Below, in pieces: positions 34,669-39,839 of a stretch of 39,839 nucleotides of DNA (position 1 is its first letter; every line of letters starts with the position of its first letter). Position numbers and translations under genes: made by a program. This DNA is from a virus. Its lineage: Duplodnaviria > Caudoviricetes. Location: IMG/VR virus record IMGVR_UViG_3300010376_000072, positions 1 to 39,839 of that record, one strand, 5' to 3'. The notes beneath the pieces are model-generated. The model worked only from the letters and a program-made list of their open reading frames with translations. It was not told the origin of the DNA and ran no database searches.

Positions 34669-35102
34669 TCAAGCGTCTCGGACGGCAGATCAGCAATGCA
34701 CCCGGCAATCAGGCTGGAGAGCGCCGGAAAGCTCTCGTCCTCGTCCGCCAGGCGCTGGCCCAGCAGATGACCAACCTGCGTGATCGCCTCGGCCAGATCG
34801 GCGTCTGGCGCAAATAGCAGCCCGACGCGGATACTGAGGTTACGCTCGCCCTGAAAACGCGTGTCGTATTCACCCACACCCATGCCACAACATGCCGTAT
34901 AGGTGGCATAGACGATCGCGCGTCCGTCCGCGTGCTGACGCACCCGCAGCGCGGCCTGCCATGAGCGGTTGGCCTCGTATTCGTTTTGCCCGGAGTAGTC
35001 GTTCCAGATCCCCTTTGCGAGGACTGGCCACGCGGTTTCATCAATGCGCACCGGCGCCCGGCCGGTCATGGTGATCGTGCGGAGCTTTGTCTCTCTTGTC
35101 AT
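34665..35102 (-). CDS. Hypothetical protein
   Basis: 145 aa with strong RBS AAGGAG upstream. Confidence 0.65.
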   Translation of the reverse strand: MTRETKLRTITMTGRAPVRIDETAWPVLAKGIWNDYSGQNEYEANRSWQAALRVRQHADGRAIVYATYTACCGMGVGEYDTRFQGERNLSIRVGLLFAPDADLAEAITQVGHLLGQRLADEDESFPALSSLIAGCIADLPSETLE

Positions 35103-35125
35103 GTTGGTTCTCCTTGGTGGCCCCC

Positions 35126-35159
35126 TGAAAAAGCCGGGAGGCCGATCGGCTATTTCAGT
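35126..35159 (-). terminator. Intrinsic terminator-like hairpin
   Basis: Minus strand reads CTGAAATAGCCG-ATCGGCCTCC-CGGCTTTTTCAG at the end of the HTH gene. Confidence 0.55.
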
Positions 35160-35358
35160 GCGGCCTCCTCACCGGGGGCGGCAGACGCTCGGCCTGGCGG
35201 GCCCGGGCCTCCAGCCACGTCGCCACGTCCTCGGGCACACGCGTCTTGCCGCGCGCCCACTGGCGCACCGTGCCCTCGTCTCTGACGAGCAGCCGCGCCA
35301 GGCCGCGTTGGCTCCAGGCCAGCGCATCGAGGCACTCACGCAGCCGGGTGGGGGTCAT
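35155..35358 (-). CDS. XRE/Cro-like HTH protein
   Basis: LRECLDALAWSQRGLARLLVRDEGTVRQWARG...VP. Confidence 0.8.
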   Translation of the reverse strand: MTPTRLRECLDALAWSQRGLARLLVRDEGTVRQWARGKTRVPEDVATWLEARARQAERLPPPVRRPH

Positions 35359-35361
35359 CGC

Positions 35362-35565
35362 TCAGCCCTCCACCACGCGGGAGGCTTCACGGCGGACCAG
35401 CTGCGGGGGGCGGCCTTTGCTGACCCACTCGGTCACGCGCTCGCCGGAGCGGGTCAGGCAGCCACGCACGCGCTTGACCTCAACGCCAAGCCAGCATTGC
35501 GGGATGTCAGCGAGTTCGCTCGGGATGACGCGGAAAAAGCGATTGTCAGAAGTCTCGATGATCAT
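35362..35565 (-). CDS. Hypothetical protein, first gene of the leftward operon
   Basis: 67 aa with RBS GAGGA, downstream of the promoter. Confidence 0.55.
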   Translation of the reverse strand: MIIETSDNRFFRVIPSELADIPQCWLGVEVKRVRGCLTRSGERVTEWVSKGRPPQLVRREASRVVEG

Positions 35566-35614
35566 CGGGTCAGTCCTCGGTTGCCCGGGGCAGGATTGCC
35601 CTCGGGGAGATCGC

Positions 35615-35644
35615 TATATACGCGATTTGCGGAGCGTGGTCAAG
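35615..35644 (-). promoter_or_regulatory. Leftward sigma70 promoter
   Basis: Minus strand CTTGAC-N17-GTATAT(A), close to the rhizobial consensus CTTGAC-N17-CTATAT. Confidence 0.65.
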
Positions 35645-35717
35645 CACACTGATTCGTGACCGTGATGCGGGCAATTACGACTCGCAGAATCTGTAATGCC
35701 GCGCCTAGGCTGGCCGC

Positions 35718-35921
35718 GTGTCTCAGGCAGAAAGCACGATGTCAGACGATACGGAGCCCCTGATCACCATCCAGATCAGGCTGCCTCGCAGCCTGATCCG
35801 GCGCATCGATGACTACCGGCTGCAGACCTCACTCAGACCGCCCCGGTCGCAGATGATTCGCTTTCTGGTCGAGCGCGCAATGTCCACTCTGGAAGGAAAG
35901 GATCCCGACAATGGCGGGTGA
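35718..35921 (+). CDS. Ribbon-helix-helix (Arc/CopG-like) regulator
   Basis: ITIQIRLPRSLIRRIDDYR...RSQMIRFLVERA. Confidence 0.8.
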   Translation: MSQAESTMSDDTEPLITIQIRLPRSLIRRIDDYRLQTSLRPPRSQMIRFLVERAMSTLEGKDPDNGG

Positions 35922-36309
35922 TGTAGCCATCGCTTTCGCTAGAAACTGGAGCAAATATTGCCGCAAGTTCGGCATCAAAGCCGAGCTGCAGGACGAGGCA
36001 CTGGACGAGGCGTTGACATTGATCGCGCCGAAGCCGCAGCGCTCGGATAACGACGTCATCCTCGATTTCTTGCTGCAGGTGACGGAGATCGCCAAGAACC
36101 TGCCGCCGGGCGCGCCGTTCCCGAACGTTCATCAGACCGCGCGCGAGCATGGCCTGACGCTGTCGCGCTCCGATACCAAGCGGGTCAATCGCGAGTTGCG
36201 CGATAACGAGTTGCTGGAATACGTCGCCGGCCAGCCGGGCGGCTTTCGCAAGCGGATCACACACGCCAATGGCGGCGCCACTGCATCTGTCGGCGGCACT
36301 TCCGACTAG
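35911..36309 (+). CDS. Hypothetical protein, possibly DNA-binding
   Basis: 132 aa, overlapping the RHH gene. Confidence 0.6.
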   Translation: MAGDVAIAFARNWSKYCRKFGIKAELQDEALDEALTLIAPKPQRSDNDVILDFLLQVTEIAKNLPPGAPFPNVHQTAREHGLTLSRSDTKRVNRELRDNELLEYVAGQPGGFRKRITHANGGATASVGGTSD

Positions 36310-36338
36310 CTAACTTCCCGTTCTGCAGCCTAAAACCA

Positions 36339-36372
36339 TAGGGGGGCCAGCGCAGCAACGCTGGTCCCCCTA
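36339..36372. terminator. Strong intergenic hairpin
   Basis: TAGGGGGGCCAGCG-CAGCAA-CGCTGGTCCCCCTA. Confidence 0.5.
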
Positions 36373-36397
36373 ACGTTTCAGCGGAGTCCCAAGGAAC

Positions 36398-37282
36398 ATG
36401 AAAGATATATCCGAGCTTGACTACACGGCCAACCTGATGCGCGTGCAGTGGACCAAGGCCGGCAACTTCTACAACAGCTTCGCCCGCACCTTCGTGGAAA
36501 CCCGTGCGGCCTTCGGCCGCGGCGAATACGGCAGCGAATGGAGCTTCGGCCGCTGGCTGGTCAGTAAGGTCGGACTGACCGAGCCGTTCGTCGGCAAAAT
36601 GCTGATGGTGTTTCACCGCGTGCTGGCCGAAGAGGACCGCCAGAAGCTCGCCGCCCAAATGCGTGAACAGGCCCGGCTGAAGCGCCTGGCCGCCGAGCAG
36701 AAGAAAGCCGCGGTTAAACTCCAGCGCGCTGAGCGCGCTGCCGAACGCGCCGCTGCCGAGGCGGAGCGCCAGGCAAGGCAGGCACAACGCAAGGCCGACG
36801 CCAGACGGGCCAAAGACCGCGAGCGGGCCCGCGCCAGGGCGGCGGCAAAGAAGGCCGCCTTGATCGCTGCGGCGGCGGCGGCAAGCCTGGAGAACGCCGA
36901 CGAGCTCACCCGGCTCGCGGCTCGGATCAAGGCCGCAGAAGGACGCCTGGAGGCGGGACGGAAGGCCTGGATTGCCGATAGCCTCGATCTGGCAACCGCG
37001 CTGGCCGCCGCACGCGGGAAGTTTCCCGACAACATTGGTTTTGCCGGCTGGCTCAAACGCCATGACATCAGCTACCGCTCCAACACGCTGGCTGCATTGA
37101 TCAACATGGGCCTCTACGTCGAGCTCACCCGCACCGCGCTGCAAGCAACCGAGCGCCGGTCGTATCGACTGATCTGGGAACACGAGATTGCGCCCCAGCT
37201 ACCCGCGCCGAGTGATAGCAACGATGCTATAACGCCGGAATCGATAGATGAGAAAGCGGAACAGCGGCCGGAGGTGCACTAG
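36398..37282 (+). CDS. Hypothetical protein with a long Ala/Arg/Lys/Glu coiled coil
   Basis: RBS AAGGA. Contains two related F-x-x-WL motifs (WSFGRWL and IGFAGWL). Confidence 0.7.
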   Translation: MKDISELDYTANLMRVQWTKAGNFYNSFARTFVETRAAFGRGEYGSEWSFGRWLVSKVGLTEPFVGKMLMVFHRVLAEEDRQKLAAQMREQARLKRLAAEQKKAAVKLQRAERAAERAAAEAERQARQAQRKADARRAKDRERARARAAAKKAALIAAAAAASLENADELTRLAARIKAAEGRLEAGRKAWIADSLDLATALAAARGKFPDNIGFAGWLKRHDISYRSNTLAALINMGLYVELTRTALQATERRSYRLIWEHEIAPQLPAPSDSNDAITPESIDEKAEQRPEVH

Positions 37283-37306
37283 TGGTTTGGCTAGGTAGCC
37301 AAACCA
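37283..37306. repeat. Perfect 11-bp inverted repeat
   Basis: TGGTTTGGCTA-GG-TAGCCAAACCA. Confidence 0.8.
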
Positions 37307-37314
37307 TATGCTAG

Positions 37315-37337
37315 GGGCGCCGGAAGGCGCCCTTTTT
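37315..37337 (+). terminator. Rho-independent terminator
   Basis: GGGCGCC-GGAA-GGCGCCC-TTTTT. Confidence 0.8.
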
Positions 37338-37445
37338 ATCCCCAGGATTCGCCTGTTCCGCGCCTTGACTCGCCCCTGCGTGGCGCAACTAATCGGTCAT
37401 ATGTTTTTGCGGGAGGACAATCAGCGCGCGCGGGTTTGCTAGGCC

Positions 37446-37838
37446 ATGACCGCGCGCCGCTTCCGCCTCTCCGCCCCTATTGCGCCGGAAGATGACCTCC
37501 ACCTCGCGGTCGCCGACGCGCTCCGTGTGCTGCTTCCCCAAGGCGCCGTGCTCAACACTTGGGAGCTCCGCAATGCCCGCTCCGCGGTCGAGGGCGCCAG
37601 GCGCAAACGGTTAGGTGCACTACCAGGCTGGCCGGATATGGGTGTGTTCTGGGCGGGCCGGGTGGTGCTGGTCGAGCTGAAGCGCGAGCGGGGCTGGCAG
37701 CTGAGCCCCGAGCAGAAGGCGCTGCATCAGCGGCTCGCGGTGGCCGGGTTCCGCGTCGCGGTCTGCCACACCGTGGTCGAGGCGCTCGATGCGGTGGCCG
37801 CAGCCGGGGTGCCGCTGCGGGGGCGGGTGGCGGCATGA
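37446..37838 (+). CDS. VRR-NUC (PD-(D/E)xK) nuclease
   Basis: EDDLH...GALPGWPDM...VELKRERG-x-x-LSPEQ. Confidence 0.85.
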   Translation: MTARRFRLSAPIAPEDDLHLAVADALRVLLPQGAVLNTWELRNARSAVEGARRKRLGALPGWPDMGVFWAGRVVLVELKRERGWQLSPEQKALHQRLAVAGFRVAVCHTVVEALDAVAAAGVPLRGRVAA

Positions 37839-38038
37839 GGCGGCGGTTTTGGCTGCGGCGCAATCCGCAGATGGAGAAGTGGCTGAGCGGGCTGACGCGG
37901 CCCGATCCGTTCCATCCACGCTTCGAACTGGAAGAGCTTGGCGAGGATAATATTCCTGTCGCGGTGGTGTTCTGCGGCGATGCGATCGGCGCTCGACGGC
38001 TGATCGCGGAGCTCGGCGGGGAGGAACTAACCGGCTAG
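37835..38038 (+). CDS. Hypothetical protein
   Basis: ATG 37835 overlaps the nuclease stop. 67 aa. Confidence 0.5.
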   Translation: MRRRFWLRRNPQMEKWLSGLTRPDPFHPRFELEELGEDNIPVAVVFCGDAIGARRLIAELGGEELTG

Positions 38039-38049
38039 GGAGGGGTGCC

Positions 38050-38718
38050 ACGAGCAAGCTGCGCTGGGCCAAGTTCTTCTGGGCGGATTGGAAGGGGGAC
38101 GCCAAGCTCGGGCTGTGCAGCCTGGCGGCACAAGGCGTGCTGATGCAGTTGCTGTGCATCGCCGCCGAGGGCGAACCCTATGGCTATGTGAAATTCGGTA
38201 GCCAGATACCATCCATCAAAGAGCTCTGCAAGCTGATCAACCCCCATCCGAGACCTGCAGACCTGGCGCGCTGGATCGCCGAACTGGAGCGCCACGAGGT
38301 GCTCAAACGCGCCCCAGATGGCTCCATGTCATCTCCACGTCAGGTCCGAGTCATCTCCGAGTCGCGTACGAAAACTTCGGCCGCCAATGCCAGGTGGATA
38401 AAACAAACCACCTCTCCCGTGCATATGCAAAAACACGGTTCTGCATCCATAGAGTCAGATACAGAGTCAGAGCACACACCCCCTCGTAAGAAAGGGGGTG
38501 TGTGCGGTGCGTACGGAGAGGGAGCGCGCTCGCGCGTGGTGCGCTTTGATGGCGCACGCACTCGCGCGCTCGCCTCCCCCGACCAACGCTCCGCCTCGAC
38601 CACCATGGATGAGCTCCGCCGCAGCGTCGCCGAGGCCAATCAGCGATGGGAAAACGGCGGCCGCGAGGAATACGAACAACAACGACGGGAGCAACCGGAC
38701 CATGGACCCGCTGACTGA
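38050..38718 (+). CDS. Phage replication initiator-like protein, probable ACG start
   Basis: In-frame (M)SKLRWAKFFWADWKGD-x-x-L-x-x-CSLAAQG-x-x-M-x-LLC...PYG lies upstream of the track's GTG 38137. Linker ESDTESE. Confidence 0.7.
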   Translation, partial: TSKLRWAKFFWADWKGDAKLGLCSLAAQGVLMQLLCIAAEGEPYGYVKFGSQIPSIKELCKLINPHPRPADLARWIAELERHEVLKRAPDGSMSSPRQVRVISESRTKTSAANARWIKQTTSPVHMQKHGSASIESDTESEHTPPRKKGGVCGAYGEGARSRVVRFDGARTRALASPDQRSASTTMDELRRSVAEANQRWENGGREEYEQQRREQPDHGPAD

Positions 38719-39136
38719 CCTCGACCCAGAAGACCAGGCCTGGGCCAACGCCTGGCTGCGCTACCGCTCCGGCGAGTGGGGGGAAAGTAAAGCCGGCTTG
38801 CCGTTCAAGCCAGGAAATCTGTCCCAACGCCTGTTCCGCGTCAGACAATACCGCCCCGGCGCGTTCCGCTGGCTGGTCGATAACGACACCCAAGCCCGCT
38901 ACCTCGCCGCCAGAACCCCAGAAACCACCAAACAACCCTCAAATAGCTATCTCGAGCAGCTGCTGAAGCTGCTGCGCTCAGGCCAGCTCAAATCGGAAAT
39001 ACCCAAGCAAACCAACCCGCTACGCGATCCCATCACGCAACTGCCAGCAACCCCTCGCCACCTGCCAGACGCCGTGCTCGACCAAATCAACCCGCTGCCC
39101 AACAGCCGGAAACGCAACGCTCGCGAATCGCCGTAA
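38702..39136 (+). CDS. Hypothetical protein
   Basis: ATG 38702 with GGGAG upstream. 144 aa. Confidence 0.6.
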   Translation: MDPLTDLDPEDQAWANAWLRYRSGEWGESKAGLPFKPGNLSQRLFRVRQYRPGAFRWLVDNDTQARYLAARTPETTKQPSNSYLEQLLKLLRSGQLKSEIPKQTNPLRDPITQLPATPRHLPDAVLDQINPLPNSRKRNARESP

Positions 39137-39157
39137 CGCCACGCTACACCCACACCC

Positions 39158-39382
39158 ATGCCACAACATGCCGTTTCCCAGCCCTCAGAAGCCGCTACAG
39201 ACCGTCTGAGCCTGCCGCGGTGGGGTAGATGCCAGTGGCCGGTGAAAACGCCCTGGGAGCCTCCCTACGCCTTTTGCGGGGCAGCTGCGATCGTGGGCAG
39301 ACCCTACTGCGCCAAACACCACGCCATCGCGTTCGTCGGAGTCCATCGAAGAACTATACAAGTTCAGGATTGGTCGCGATAA
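39158..39382 (+). CDS. gcrA: GcrA C-terminal-domain-like protein
   Basis: CQWPV-x-x-P...AFCG...GRPYCAKH-x-x-IAF matches the GcrA C-terminal Cys/His motif. No N-terminal HTH. Confidence 0.75.
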   Translation: MPQHAVSQPSEAATDRLSLPRWGRCQWPVKTPWEPPYAFCGAAAIVGRPYCAKHHAIAFVGVHRRTIQVQDWSR

Positions 39383-39384
39383 TT

Positions 39385-39642
39385 ATGCCACATTGGATCG
39401 AGCTCACAAGCGGCAGGTGGATCAACCTCGACCTGGTCGAATCGGTCGCTCGGATCGCCGGCTCAGCCGGCGCGTGGCGCTTCCATACGCCGAAATTTCA
39501 GCTCGGCTCCAGGCCGATGGGACGCCCCCCAACCGCAGACAGAGCAACCTCCGATTACGACGAAAATCACCATTGCTGGGAAGGCACCCCAGTCAATGAA
39601 AAGGCCATGCTCGCTGGCCTTTTGGGACGTCATGAATACTAA
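39385..39642 (+). CDS. Hypothetical protein
   Basis: MPHWIELTSGRWINLDLVESV, starting 2 nt after the GcrA-like stop. Confidence 0.55.
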   Translation: MPHWIELTSGRWINLDLVESVARIAGSAGAWRFHTPKFQLGSRPMGRPPTADRATSDYDENHHCWEGTPVNEKAMLAGLLGRHEY

Positions 39643-39781
39643 CAATGGCCGCGCCGGCAATGTTGTGCCACACTCTGCCCCGGCGCGATTGGCTCAGCTG
39701 CAGATCAACCAGCCGGACAACGAGAGCCTCGTTCACCAGAGCTCGTCGCGCCACAAACCTAAGCCGAGGGCCTCCCCATGA
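39632..39781 (+). CDS. Small hypothetical protein
   Basis: 49 aa, overlapping both neighbours. Confidence 0.35.
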   Translation: MNTNNGRAGNVVPHSAPARLAQLQINQPDNESLVHQSSSRHKPKPRASP

Positions 39782-39839
39782 GCGATGATCCTCAGTCCCC
39801 CTCCCAAACCCCAGCCGAACGCGAGCATCCCGATACTGC
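39778..39839 (+). CDS. 5' part of an ORF running off the window end
   Basis: ATGA overlap and GAGG upstream. Reads MSDDPQSPSQTPAEREHPDT. Confidence 0.5.
   Translation, partial: MSDDPQSPSQTPAEREHPDT

Noticed and set aside
1-39839. Alternative genetic code or tRNA genes
   Set aside because: Genes tile densely under the standard code, with TAA, TAG and TGA all used as stops. No tRNA cloverleaf was spotted by eye, though tRNAscan would be needed to exclude one.

Overview
The window looks like an essentially complete, circularly permuted ~39.8 kb high-GC podovirus-type phage genome, probably infecting an alphaproteobacterium (GcrA-like gene, rhizobial-type promoter). Gene order: small and large terminase; SleB-type endolysin; a ~7 kb block of collagen-like and fibre genes with paralogous small partner proteins; a cluster of tiny basic proteins; portal, scaffold and major capsid; tail tubular proteins (the second frameshifted); a PEP-CTERM surface-protein gene; a GNAT; ejection proteins; an S74 tail fibre; a Gp157/RecT-like recombination module; an excisionase-like gene with no integrase; a leftward early operon; RHH regulator, VRR-NUC, replication initiator and a GcrA C-terminal-domain-only protein. 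The best candidate for an undescribed system lies inside the DNA-ejection module. There, a protein with an ejection-type leader and an EndoIII/HhH-glycosylase-like catalytic core is translationally coupled to a small acidic ORF, which resembles an injected effector plus immunity pair. Other highlights are the phage-encoded exosortase substrate, three fibres sharing an 'ARRMR' C-terminal domain, a probable ACG start codon and a sharp strand-composition switch at the likely packaging site. All family assignments come from motif recognition by eye, not from database searches.
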